A stretch of 64,000 nt of DNA. Source: a virus. Positions 26,044-35,785 of this stretch are shown piece after piece (position 1 is the first letter of the stretch; every line of letters starts with the position of its first letter). The position numbers and the translations under genes are program-made. The notes below the pieces were generated by a model. That model saw only the letters and a list, made by a program, of their open reading frames with translations, did no database searches and had not been told where the DNA came from. The stretch covers positions 10,508-74,507 of IMG/VR virus record IMGVR_UViG_3300009285_016375; one strand, 5' to 3'.

Positions 26044-28607
26044 AATTTCCCATCGAACGGGTAGCGTCTTGCCGGCTGTCAGCCGATGATCCCAGCAGCA
26101 CTTGTGACTTGGCGAGCCAGCCGAACACGGGGGAGATAGAGCAATGCTCCGACCCGGCCTTTGCCGCGGCCCACCCGGCGCTGTGCCGGAACTACCCGCG
26201 GCTGCGGATTCAGCCCAGCCTGGCCACGGTGTTAGTGAATGAGGATGTAGATTTTCAAGCCTTCGTGACCCAAGGGGGCATCGAGCAGGCCCTGGACGAT
26301 GACAGCGGAGTGGTCTGGACGCTCTCGGATCAAACGGTGGCGGTGATCGGCGGGCGCAGTGGCAAGGCCACCGGCGTCACCGCGGGCACCGTGCAGATTT
26401 CAGCGGTTTGGCAGAATTTGACGGCTTCCGCGCAGTTGACGGTGTTGGCCGCCGGGGGCGAAGGGGCCGGGTGCCAGGGCAAACACGTGGGGGTGGTGGT
26501 GGTGCTGGATAAGAGCAAATCCATGAGCCAGGGTTTTGGGGGCGGGTTTTCGAGCAAGCTGGCTTACGGCAAGGCCGCGGCCAAGCTGCTGGCCAACAGC
26601 CTGGACTTGACCAAGGACACCATTGGATTGGTCTCGTTCCATGCCACCGCCACGGAGGAACTGGGACTGACCACGGATTTGGCCGCCTTCGAGACGGCGG
26701 TAAATGGCGTGGCTCAAAGTGAGAACGGCACGTCCCTGTTGAGCGGGGTGCGGGCGGCGGTGGAGATGCTGGAGGCGGCGGGAAACGATTACTCGGTGGT
26801 GGCGCTGATTACGGACGGCAACGACAGCGGCTTGTTCGGAAGCAACAGTGTGCCGGCGGAACTGAGAACGGCGGTGCCCAACACCATGAGCCTGGCTGTG
26901 CTGGGGACGCGGGCCAGCGGGCCGGGATTCCATTTGCTGCGGGACCTGACCATCAACGGCTTTTTCGTGAACGGTTACGCGGAGGGCGGGGTGGAGAACG
27001 GAGCGGATGAGGCGTTCGCGCAGTTGAAGCGGTATTTCTGCGGGTGTGGGGAAACGACCCGGCCGTGTGCGTCTATCTTCATGCCGCGGTTGAACTACAC
27101 TGGTTTTGCCAATTGGGAGGTCACGGGCTTGGTGGATTTGATCGGCGGGTTCGAGCCGTGGACCTTGTTTGATTTTCTGCCCGGCAACGGACTTTACCCG
27201 GACATGGTGGGGAGCCCCAATCCGGGGCAGAGTGGGTTGGGGCGGCTGACTTTGAAAGCGTCCCAGCAACCGACCTTCACTGCGGCTGCCAATTACACCC
27301 TGACGGTGCGCCTGGCGGGAAACCAGCGGGAAGGAAGCGCGACCCAGGTAAAACTGAAGGTGGGCACATTGCTGGCGGAACAGAGTGTCAATTTCGCGGC
27401 TTCAGACTGGACCCAGGATTTCACCGATCACGAGTATGAATTCGTGGGCGACGGGGCGGCGCACGCGGTGGAGATTTGGCAGTCGAGGGGCTGTGTCAAC
27501 CCTGCGTTCGGCAACTTGTTGAAGTCAGTCACGATCCGCAACGCCGACACGGACGCGCTGGTGTTCCACGATGTTTTCAACACGGAAAACTACCAGGCCG
27601 TGGATTGCGGGGCCGTGGATTGCGGCGGCCACGGTTTCTGGAACGGCTACCGGTGCGTGTATCGCTGCCAGGAAGTGACGGTGCCGACGGCCCAGCCTGA
27701 CCCCGCTCCCTTGACGGATAATGAGAGCGAGGCGGCACCGGATTTCTGGACCAGCCAGCAGACCTACACCCGGACGTGTGCCGAAGGGATACTGGTGACG
27801 GGCACCGGCACGGCCAGCAGCAGCCTGAGCCAGGCGCACGCGGACGCCCAAGCTCTGGCGCGCGCCCAAGCGGCGGCCGTGTGCCCAAGCGGGGAACTGG
27901 CCCCCAACGATTTCATGCTGATCCATTTCGAGCGCGGCATGAACTATGGGTCGGAGGATGCCGCCCGCTGGCCCACTACGCGCATCAAAGGGTTGGGGTT
28001 GGTGCCGGTGGGCGCGACCAATGACGTATGGAACCAACCCAGCGTGGATTTGCTGGAAGGGGTGCTGGCGCAAATAGATAATGGGTTCTATTTGGAGGAC
28101 AACGGGGGGGCCACTACTTCCAGTTGGATGCCGGTCGAATATTCTTCCTTGCAACATTTGTCCGGGGTCAGCAGCACGCATTATGCCCCGATCTCGTTGG
28201 GCCAGGCCGGGCCGGAGTTTTATCAGCGGACGGAAGTGATGCAGGAGGAGCAATACCGGACCATCCACAATCTGCCGGCGGGCAACTACGATGTGTATGT
28301 GTGGGGCGCGGCCCGGAACGCAGACGGGAAGGACGGCGGGCTGGCCACCACCCAGATGTATGGGGGCCGGTTCAACCTGGAAGTGCTGGATGCCGACGGA
28401 GCGGTGGATACCGATCTGGGCGCCAAGGAACACACCCTGGCCGACCCGGACGTGCTGAGCAATTGGCCGCTGGTGGAAGACCAGGATTACGTGCGCTGGA
28501 GCGTGGCGCCGGTGCCGGCCGGCGGGTCGTTGCGGGTGACGGTCAAACAGCCCAGCGGCGGCGGCTGGCTGGTCATCAGCGGCATCCAGATTCAGCGTTT
28601 TCCATGA
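26040..28607 (+). CDS. Ig-like plus von Willebrand A domain structural protein
   Basis: VVWTLSDQTVAVI..SGKATGVTAGTVQISA (Big_2-like), VLDKSKSMS MIDAS, LITDG. Confidence 0.8.
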   Translation: MKFPIERVASCRLSADDPSSTCDLASQPNTGEIEQCSDPAFAAAHPALCRNYPRLRIQPSLATVLVNEDVDFQAFVTQGGIEQALDDDSGVVWTLSDQTVAVIGGRSGKATGVTAGTVQISAVWQNLTASAQLTVLAAGGEGAGCQGKHVGVVVVLDKSKSMSQGFGGGFSSKLAYGKAAAKLLANSLDLTKDTIGLVSFHATATEELGLTTDLAAFETAVNGVAQSENGTSLLSGVRAAVEMLEAAGNDYSVVALITDGNDSGLFGSNSVPAELRTAVPNTMSLAVLGTRASGPGFHLLRDLTINGFFVNGYAEGGVENGADEAFAQLKRYFCGCGETTRPCASIFMPRLNYTGFANWEVTGLVDLIGGFEPWTLFDFLPGNGLYPDMVGSPNPGQSGLGRLTLKASQQPTFTAAANYTLTVRLAGNQREGSATQVKLKVGTLLAEQSVNFAASDWTQDFTDHEYEFVGDGAAHAVEIWQSRGCVNPAFGNLLKSVTIRNADTDALVFHDVFNTENYQAVDCGAVDCGGHGFWNGYRCVYRCQEVTVPTAQPDPAPLTDNESEAAPDFWTSQQTYTRTCAEGILVTGTGTASSSLSQAHADAQALARAQAAAVCPSGELAPNDFMLIHFERGMNYGSEDAARWPTTRIKGLGLVPVGATNDVWNQPSVDLLEGVLAQIDNGFYLEDNGGATTSSWMPVEYSSLQHLSGVSSTHYAPISLGQAGPEFYQRTEVMQEEQYRTIHNLPAGNYDVYVWGAARNADGKDGGLATTQMYGGRFNLEVLDADGAVDTDLGAKEHTLADPDVLSNWPLVEDQDYVRWSVAPVPAGGSLRVTVKQPSGGGWLVISGIQIQRFP

Positions 28608-31141
28608 AGCTGCGCCTGACAGCCCCCAGCGATGAGACGAGCAGTTTTGGCCTTCAGGCCAGCAAAAGCCAGCAGGCGTTGAGCAAGTTGGGGGTAGTCT
28701 GGGATGAGAGCGCGGAGACCGAACTGAGATTTGGGCACCCGCTGCAAGGCACGGACAAAAAGGCCCGGCGGCTGGTCTGGTGCACGAACTGGGAAGCGCC
28801 GCGGCTGACGGCGGAGGCCAAAGCCAAGCTGGCCCAGGCGGACCTTTTGCTGGTGCCGTCCCACTGGACGGCCACGGTGTTTTCAGCCGCCGGCCTGGAT
28901 AATGTGCAGGTGGTGCCGCTGGGGTATGAGCCGGCGGTGTTCTACAGCATCAAAAAGGCCCAGGCCCAGCGGCCCTTTGTCTTTGGCTGCGCCGGAGACG
29001 CCCGGAGCGGGGTGCGGCGCAAGAACCTGGAACAGGTGGTGCGCTGTTTTCAGGCGGCCTTCGGGGAGAGCAAGGAAGTGCGGTTGCACGTCAAATGCCG
29101 GGCGGGCCACCTGGCCAGCCCGCAGCCGAACGTGCTGGTGGATACGGTGCGGATGAGCGAAGCGGAGGTGGGGCACTGGCATCGGGCACTGGATTGCTTT
29201 GTAAATCTGGCCACGGGCGGTTTTGAACTGCATATCTTGCAGAGCATGGCTTGCGGGGTGCCGGTGGTCAGCCATGCGTTTGGGGGGCACACGGATTATT
29301 TCCACGAGCGGAACGGGCTGGTGGTGGCACACAGCTTGGAGCCGGCGCAAGAGACCTGGGCCGGGTGCGGGTTGTGGGCCACGGTCAAGGATGAAACGCT
29401 GATGGAAGCGATGCGCTGGGCGGCGCGGGAGCGGGCGTATGCCGAAAGCATCGGGTGGAGTGCGGCTTACTGCGTGCTGGAGCTGACGTGGGAGAAGCAC
29501 GGGCAACGCCTGGCTGAGCTGCTGGGAGAGCCCGAGGAAGCCGCGCCTGACAGTTTCACCGCGCCGGTGCGGGTGAAGCCAGTGAACACGCCCGCGAAGC
29601 CTGCGAAACCAGTGCGTGTCCGGCTCCTTTACCAGGAATACACACCGGACGCCGACACCCGCGGACGGATCGAATTTGCCAGGACCAGTTGGGACCTGGC
29701 GGCTGGTTCCGGCGTGACTGTGGAGTTCGTCCCCTTCCGCGTCTCCGACCTGCCCAGGAATGCGGGGGAGGTGGGCGATGACCGGCAATGTCCGTTCGTG
29801 AAGGATGTGTTCAACTACGGCCTCCAGGGTTGCGACGATGATACGGTCATTGCCTATGTCAACGCCGATGTCGCGCTCTGCCAGGACTGGTTCGAGACGG
29901 CCCGGCCGTGGATCGGGCAGTGTGGCTGCTGGTATTCCAACCGGTGGGACGTGAGCCGGTTCGGCCGGGCGGTGACGCCCGAGTGGCTGGCCCGTAGCCC
30001 TGGTGCGGCGGCCACGGTGGGAGCCGATCTCTTCACCTTCACGCCGGAATGGTGGCGTAACCATCGCGACCAGATGCCGGATATGATCCTGGGGTATGAG
30101 GGGTGGGACTTCGCGTTTCAGTGGCTGATGCAGGCATCGGGGTTTGACCCGGCCAAGTCCCGGATGGTGATCTATCACGAAAGGCACTCGTCGTTCTGGT
30201 CCCGTTCCGTGAATCTCTCCAGGCACCCTGCCCAGGTTTACTGCCGCAAGGCTGGCTTGGACTGGGCGACCCAGAGGGGCCTGCTGCACTATGTCGGAGG
30301 GCGTCACGGTTATTTGTTCCGTGGGTTGTCGAATGCGCGCGCCAGGCGGCAACCGAAAGGGTTGCCTAAACTGGCCATCCTGGGCCTGGCCAGGAATTGC
30401 GCCCACACCCTTGTGGGACTGACTCGAAGCCTGAGCCCTTTGCTGGAACGATGGCAGTGTGCTGCGTGGGTCTGTGCTGGGGATAACGACACTGCCGGAG
30501 CACTCGACGCCTGGCAGGAGGAGGCGATGCCCGTCTTTCAAGTGGCCGAACCGCCGGCACGCCACGGCGAGAGCCGATACGGGCGGCTGGCCAGCCTGCG
30601 GAACGCGGTCCTCGACGCCTGGCAGGAGAGCGGGTTCGGTGCCGAGACAGTGCTGTGGCTGGACATGGACGCGGCGAAGATGAGGGATGAGGGCGGGCTT
30701 GCCAGGGTGGCCAAAGCGGAGTGGTCGGGTGTGGCTACGCTGGGCCTGGCTGCCGCCAGCAAGGTGAATGGATACCATTGCGGGCCGGTCCTCAACCGCT
30801 ACGGCCGGGACTGGGTGTACTACGACACGTTGGCCCTGGAGACGGTGGATGGGGCGCGCTACCTCTGGCCGGACATATCGCACCCGGCCTCCTGGTATTC
30901 ACATGGGACTGTGCCCGCCGGCACGACGTTCCTGGCCTGCACCCCACCCTTGAAGCTGGATGGGTGGCAGGAGGTGAACAGCGCTTTCGGGCCGGCGACG
31001 TTCTACCGGTGGGCGGACATCGAAGGGTTGCGCTACGACGAGCACGCGCAACAGTGCGAACACCAGTCGTTTCACCAGAGCCTTCGGGAGCGGGGTGGGC
31101 GCATCGCCCTGGCAAATGACATCATCTTTCTATACGCGTGA
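28604..31141 (+). CDS. Multidomain glycosyltransferase (GT4-like plus GT-A-like domains)
   Basis: LLVPSHW, VVPLG, RKN, GGFELHILQSMACGVPVV; YVNADV; GLARNC, LRN..L, WLDMD, VNSAFG, CEH. Confidence 0.85.
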   Translation: MKLRLTAPSDETSSFGLQASKSQQALSKLGVVWDESAETELRFGHPLQGTDKKARRLVWCTNWEAPRLTAEAKAKLAQADLLLVPSHWTATVFSAAGLDNVQVVPLGYEPAVFYSIKKAQAQRPFVFGCAGDARSGVRRKNLEQVVRCFQAAFGESKEVRLHVKCRAGHLASPQPNVLVDTVRMSEAEVGHWHRALDCFVNLATGGFELHILQSMACGVPVVSHAFGGHTDYFHERNGLVVAHSLEPAQETWAGCGLWATVKDETLMEAMRWAARERAYAESIGWSAAYCVLELTWEKHGQRLAELLGEPEEAAPDSFTAPVRVKPVNTPAKPAKPVRVRLLYQEYTPDADTRGRIEFARTSWDLAAGSGVTVEFVPFRVSDLPRNAGEVGDDRQCPFVKDVFNYGLQGCDDDTVIAYVNADVALCQDWFETARPWIGQCGCWYSNRWDVSRFGRAVTPEWLARSPGAAATVGADLFTFTPEWWRNHRDQMPDMILGYEGWDFAFQWLMQASGFDPAKSRMVIYHERHSSFWSRSVNLSRHPAQVYCRKAGLDWATQRGLLHYVGGRHGYLFRGLSNARARRQPKGLPKLAILGLARNCAHTLVGLTRSLSPLLERWQCAAWVCAGDNDTAGALDAWQEEAMPVFQVAEPPARHGESRYGRLASLRNAVLDAWQESGFGAETVLWLDMDAAKMRDEGGLARVAKAEWSGVATLGLAAASKVNGYHCGPVLNRYGRDWVYYDTLALETVDGARYLWPDISHPASWYSHGTVPAGTTFLACTPPLKLDGWQEVNSAFGPATFYRWADIEGLRYDEHAQQCEHQSFHQSLRERGGRIALANDIIFLYA

Positions 31142-31791
31142 CACCTATGAGATTCGAGCTGGAAGAATGGTCCGGACTGCTGCTCCTGCCCAACGACAAC
31201 CTGGCCACGCCCAAGATCAAGGCGGCGGGGCGGCTGGACTGGGATAGGAACTTTGCAAACATCCCGGAGGTGGCCGCGTTGCAGCCGGGTCAGGTGGTGT
31301 TTGACGTGGGGGCGTTTATAGGCGACACGACGCGACTGTTCCTGAACCTGGGATGTGAGGTGCATGCGTTCGAGCCGCGCCCGGACACATTCGTCTGCCT
31401 GCTGCATAACTGCCCGGAAGCTCACTGTTACAACGTGGCGCTGGGGACCGGTCAAAGGTTTGAGACGGCCACCGCCACCGGGGGCAACCTGGGAGGCTAC
31501 CCGTTGCGCGACGGCCTGCGCTACGCGGTGGGGTTGGATGCATTATGCGCCCAGAGGCTGGATTTCCTGAAGATCGACACAGAAGGGATGGATGCCGAGG
31601 TGCTGAGTGGTGGTATAAAGACTGTCATGGCCTATCATCCAACCATCCACATCGAGTGCAACCCGGCCGCCCTGGCCGGCTTCGGCCGGACCGAAACCGA
31701 CCTGATAGGCGTTCTGAAATGTCTTGGCTATACCCGGTTCCAGGAGACTTACCGGTATGGGGATTCGCACTGGGACCTGGTGTGCGTATGA
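31138..31791 (+). CDS. FkbM-family methyltransferase
   Basis: VFDVGAFIG, VHAFEP, LDFLKIDTEG. Confidence 0.9.
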   Translation: MTPMRFELEEWSGLLLLPNDNLATPKIKAAGRLDWDRNFANIPEVAALQPGQVVFDVGAFIGDTTRLFLNLGCEVHAFEPRPDTFVCLLHNCPEAHCYNVALGTGQRFETATATGGNLGGYPLRDGLRYAVGLDALCAQRLDFLKIDTEGMDAEVLSGGIKTVMAYHPTIHIECNPAALAGFGRTETDLIGVLKCLGYTRFQETYRYGDSHWDLVCV

Positions 31792-32528
31792 AACACATCG
31801 ACCTCAGGCTGTTCGCTGGCGAAAACGACGTGTTCGAGACGGCTTACCATCAGGTCGTTTCAAAGGTGGATATGTTTGTGGTGGTCGAGTGCCTGCGCGC
31901 TTTCGGGGGGAAGATGTTGGAAGCCCCGTGTTTCACCCACAGCAGCTTGCCGAAGGTGAGGCACATCGTGCTGGATGATGTGCCTGGAACCAACCGTCGC
32001 GAGAGACAGCATGCTCTCCGGCAGAGCGCCACGGAGTGGATTCCAGGAGGGACCGGCCCGGAGGACATCGTGTGCTTTGGGGACTGCGACGAGATCGCCC
32101 ATGAAGAGACATGGGACAAGGCCGAAGCGATCCTGGCGGAACACCCCGAGGTCACCGTGGCTGGATACCTGGAGGAGCGGCAGTTCTTCGCGAACTGGGA
32201 GGTGCCGGGCGTGGTGAACCGGCGCCTGAAATTTGTGCGGGGCCGCAAGTTCAACGAGCAGGGGATGCACGCCTTGCGCTGGTCCGAGGACAATACTGTG
32301 ATTGAGCGAGCTGGGTGGCACCTGGCCTACTGTGGTGGGCCGTGGCCCTACGCCGTCAAAGCCGATCGTTACGGCCGAACCCGCCCCAACGACGCCCTTC
32401 AGACATGGTGGGGGCACGTCCGAAACCGCCGGGCTGTTGACGGTCAAGTGATCAACACGCAGGGCCTATGGCCAACGGCCATTAACGCCCGCCACCACCT
32501 GACCGAGACGTTGCTGTATTTCCCATGA
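31788..32528 (+). CDS. GT17-like glycosyltransferase
   Basis: VDMFVVVE, GDCDEI, AGWHLAY; start MKHIDL overlaps the FkbM stop. Confidence 0.7.
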   Translation: MKHIDLRLFAGENDVFETAYHQVVSKVDMFVVVECLRAFGGKMLEAPCFTHSSLPKVRHIVLDDVPGTNRRERQHALRQSATEWIPGGTGPEDIVCFGDCDEIAHEETWDKAEAILAEHPEVTVAGYLEERQFFANWEVPGVVNRRLKFVRGRKFNEQGMHALRWSEDNTVIERAGWHLAYCGGPWPYAVKADRYGRTRPNDALQTWWGHVRNRRAVDGQVINTQGLWPTAINARHHLTETLLYFP

Positions 32529-32589
32529 AGCCGCGCTCTCAGTTCACAACGGTCCGCCCGGTGGGTTTGACGCAGATCGCCGCGAAGTT

Positions 32590-33528
32590 ATGATCCCCGC
32601 GCTTTCCAGATTTACCGGGCAGGCGGTGCAGACGCTGGGGGTGATGACCGACAATGCGTCGGGCATCGCCTATTGCGGGACCACCAACACCTTGTTCGTG
32701 GTGCGCAACAAGACGGGCGGCGCGCCCCCGCCGGTGCTCTACGAGTATTCGATTGCCGGCGCGCATCTGCGGACCATCACCTTGACCGGGTTCGATGACG
32801 TGGAAGGCATCTGTTGGACCGATGAGAACGATTTCTGCCTGGTGGAAGAGGATAACGCGCATCTCTGCTTGGTGACGATTACCGCCGGGACCACCACCTT
32901 GGATAAGACGGCTGATGCCACGGTGATTGATACCGGCCTGGGGCCGCTGGGCAATACCGGCCTGGAAGGCGTGACCTACGACCGGACCAACGACTGGTTC
33001 TATGCGGTCAAGGAAAAGACGCCCATCGCGGTTTATAAGGTGGAGATGGATGGAACGACCACCGCCTTGTTTGACGCGCCGGCCCTGCTGGGGGGGACTG
33101 TCACGGATTTGGCGGGTTGTTACTACGATAATAGCGACGGGCACCTGTATGTGCTGAGCGAGGAATCGAACGTGATTCTGAAGCTGGAATTGGACGGGGA
33201 AATCCTGGAGAGTTCCACCTTGCCGGCGGCTTTGACTCAGCCGGAGGGGATCACCTTTTCGGAAACCGGCAGACGGCTATGGATCGTGGGCGAGGCCAAT
33301 GAACTGCGGATTTGCGCGGCGGCGGGTTCGCCGGTCTTGCCCAGTGAATTCAGCCACTTGGTGCCTGATCCCAATGAAGCCGTTTGGAGCATCTGGGCCA
33401 AGTTTTACGCGCAATCGTTTTTGTGGGAGAAATGGCGGCACTATGCGTTTGGCGGCCAGAACGCCATTACCCCGGAGTTCGAGGCGGATTTGTGCGAGGC
33501 GCGCAACCGGGAACTGGAGGATAGTTGA
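32590..33528 (+). CDS. SdiA-regulated (YjiK-like) beta-propeller fused to a virion attachment-like motif
   Basis: ASGIAY, DVEGI, NTGLEGVTYD, VKEK, LYVLSEES, QPEGITF, IVGEAN. Confidence 0.8.
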   Translation: MIPALSRFTGQAVQTLGVMTDNASGIAYCGTTNTLFVVRNKTGGAPPPVLYEYSIAGAHLRTITLTGFDDVEGICWTDENDFCLVEEDNAHLCLVTITAGTTTLDKTADATVIDTGLGPLGNTGLEGVTYDRTNDWFYAVKEKTPIAVYKVEMDGTTTALFDAPALLGGTVTDLAGCYYDNSDGHLYVLSEESNVILKLELDGEILESSTLPAALTQPEGITFSETGRRLWIVGEANELRICAAAGSPVLPSEFSHLVPDPNEAVWSIWAKFYAQSFLWEKWRHYAFGGQNAITPEFEADLCEARNRELEDS

Positions 33529-33531
33529 AGC

Positions 33532-34635
33532 ATGGCCAGCACCGTGACATTGAGTGAATTGAGAGCCACGCTGCCCACCAGCGACAAGACGGTTTGTCAA
33601 AAGCTGCTGGCGGTGCCGGAGCACATTGACCTGGTGGCGGAGGACGTGGCCTGGATGTTCACGGACGCCGGGGCCCTGTCCAGCGATCTTCAGGCTATGA
33701 TCTGCGCCTTGAGTTGCTTTGCGCCACCCGCCCTGCCCGCGCCGGATGTCTGCGCGGACATTTTGCTGGTTGGATCAGTGGTGAGCGGCAACCATTACAA
33801 CAGCGTCCGGTTCCGGGCGGGGGCCATGACCGCCGGCTACAACTGGACCTTGCAACAAAGCCCCGACGCGGCGGCGTGGTCTGACCTGGCCAGTGGCATC
33901 ACGACTGGGAGTGAGATCACCTACAAGCATGAGAACCTGGCCAATGGCACGGCGGTTTATTACCAGATGACCGTGAGCAAAACAGGCTGCCCAGCCATTG
34001 ACCCGGCGGAAACGAGCGGCACGCCCAGCGGCTGTGACGCGCCGAACGTGACCTTGACCATCACCTCGCCGGCCGCGCGCACGGCGCGATTGACGTTGAC
34101 TGGCCTGCCGGAAACGGGTTGGACGGTGTGGATTTACAGCAGCACCGACCCGCGCCAGTTCGGCAGCCAGGTGGTCCTGGCCACGGTGGGCGATTACAGC
34201 TACGAAGACAGTAGTTTGAATGAGACGTTGACCTACTATTATCTGGTGCAAGTGCAGGAGCCAAGTGGCGAATGCCCGCCTTTGCCCGGGGTGCGGGGCA
34301 GCGTGCGTCCGATGGCCCCGGCGGTGACGGCCCCGGCGGCTCAATTGAGCGGGCACGTGGTGAGTTGGGCCAACGTGGATGGGGCGGTGAAGTACCGGGT
34401 GTATCGGAAGGCGACCTACCAGGACAGTTTCGCCTATGTCCACGTGCGGGACGTGGCTGCAGGCAGCGGCGGCGAAAGCAGCTTCAGCATCGTGGCAGGG
34501 GACTGGCCCGCCAACTACCCGTTCTACGGCACGCGCACCCGGAGGAGTTACCATATTTCAGTGGTGAGCGTTAACGCGGCGGGGGCGGAAAGCCCGCATT
34601 CGAGCGCGCCCATCACTTTCCTGGAGGAGGTATAG
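33532..34635 (+). CDS. FN3-like repeat tail protein
   Basis: LANGTAVYYQM, LTYYYLVQ, VSWANVDGAVKYRVYR, VNAAGAES. Confidence 0.65.
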   Translation: MASTVTLSELRATLPTSDKTVCQKLLAVPEHIDLVAEDVAWMFTDAGALSSDLQAMICALSCFAPPALPAPDVCADILLVGSVVSGNHYNSVRFRAGAMTAGYNWTLQQSPDAAAWSDLASGITTGSEITYKHENLANGTAVYYQMTVSKTGCPAIDPAETSGTPSGCDAPNVTLTITSPAARTARLTLTGLPETGWTVWIYSSTDPRQFGSQVVLATVGDYSYEDSSLNETLTYYYLVQVQEPSGECPPLPGVRGSVRPMAPAVTAPAAQLSGHVVSWANVDGAVKYRVYRKATYQDSFAYVHVRDVAAGSGGESSFSIVAGDWPANYPFYGTRTRRSYHISVVSVNAAGAESPHSSAPITFLEEV

Positions 34636-34636
34636 A

Positions 34637-35770
34637 ATGCCCTTGCCCATTGAAGCTTTGCCGGCAGTGTTTGCAGGAACGCAGTTCACCGTGAATGCCG
34701 GGCTGTGCGCCAAGGCCATTCCGAGCGTGATTGCGTTCATGGAAGCGCGGGCGGCCCTGCTGGAGTATCTGGTGCGGGAGAGCGACGGCTTGGTGTCGGA
34801 CGAGATGGCCAGGGATTTGCAGGCGCTGACTTGTTTGGATGCCTCCAGCGGCGGCAACGGCGGCAGCACCTGCCCGAACCCGCACCTGGTGGCGACGGTG
34901 ACCGCAGCGCCGACACAACTGACGCTGGCGGTGAGCGGAAGCAATCTGAGTGCGGGCTGGGCGTGGTCGCTGTACCGCAAGGGGGAGGAAGCAGAGGCCT
35001 GGCCGGGCAGCCCGCAATACAGCGGCACGACCGCGAGCGCTACCGTGACGCAGGTGGATGCCGGGCTGGCCAATGGAGAAGATTACTTTTACAAGATGGT
35101 GGTGCAAAAGCCTGGGTGCCCGGCTTACACGGTGGAGATGAGCGGCACGCCCGACGCCATTACGGTGAACCCAGCCATCCAGGTGGAAGCACTGCAAGTG
35201 GAGTGCGCTTGGGTGCGGCTGCGGGTCACGACGGGCGGCGGCGGGGTGACCAGCGCCATGCAGGCCGACTTTTACGTGCGCACCCAGACTGACGGCGTCT
35301 GGAGCGAGTGGGCGCTGGGGCAGGAGAACGTGGGCTCTTCCACGTGTCCCGGCGGGGCCGGGGTGTGTTTCACGGCGGCAATAGACGTGACTGGGACCTA
35401 CCAGCAGGTGCAGGCTAAAGCGGTGGTGAAGCAAGGGGCTGCGACCACGGAGGTGTTGGCCACGGCCATGGCGGTGGCGTACCCGCCGGGGCCGCCGGTG
35501 TTGGAACCGCGGGTGGGGGCTTGGCTCGCCTGGTCGGCTAATCCTGGCTGCGGCACGACGGTGGCGTATAGGCTGGAAGTGGCCGGGCTGCCCACGGGCG
35601 GGCAGTGGGTGGGGGTTTATGCCGGGCCGGCGACGGGATACTACGCGCCCGAGGTGGCGCGAGCCGTGGCGGGCAACTGGGCCGGGCAGTTGGCGCATTT
35701 CCGGGTGAGCGGCCGGAGCGCTCAAGGGGGATTCAGCCTGCCGACAGCGCTGGGGGCTTTCATCATGTAA
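34637..35770 (+). CDS. FN3-like repeat tail protein, paralogue of the upstream gene
   Basis: LANGEDYFYKMVVQKPGCPA matches LANGTAVYYQMTVSKTGCPA. Confidence 0.65.
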   Translation: MPLPIEALPAVFAGTQFTVNAGLCAKAIPSVIAFMEARAALLEYLVRESDGLVSDEMARDLQALTCLDASSGGNGGSTCPNPHLVATVTAAPTQLTLAVSGSNLSAGWAWSLYRKGEEAEAWPGSPQYSGTTASATVTQVDAGLANGEDYFYKMVVQKPGCPAYTVEMSGTPDAITVNPAIQVEALQVECAWVRLRVTTGGGGVTSAMQADFYVRTQTDGVWSEWALGQENVGSSTCPGGAGVCFTAAIDVTGTYQQVQAKAVVKQGAATTEVLATAMAVAYPPGPPVLEPRVGAWLAWSANPGCGTTVAYRLEVAGLPTGGQWVGVYAGPATGYYAPEVARAVAGNWAGQLAHFRVSGRSAQGGFSLPTALGAFIM

Positions 35771-35785
35771 CCTCCCTCTTCCGAT

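Noticed and set aside
28124-28603. N-terminal extension of the glycosyltransferase in the ORF track
   Set aside because: Overlaps the vWA gene; the ATGA-coupled start at 28604 is more plausible
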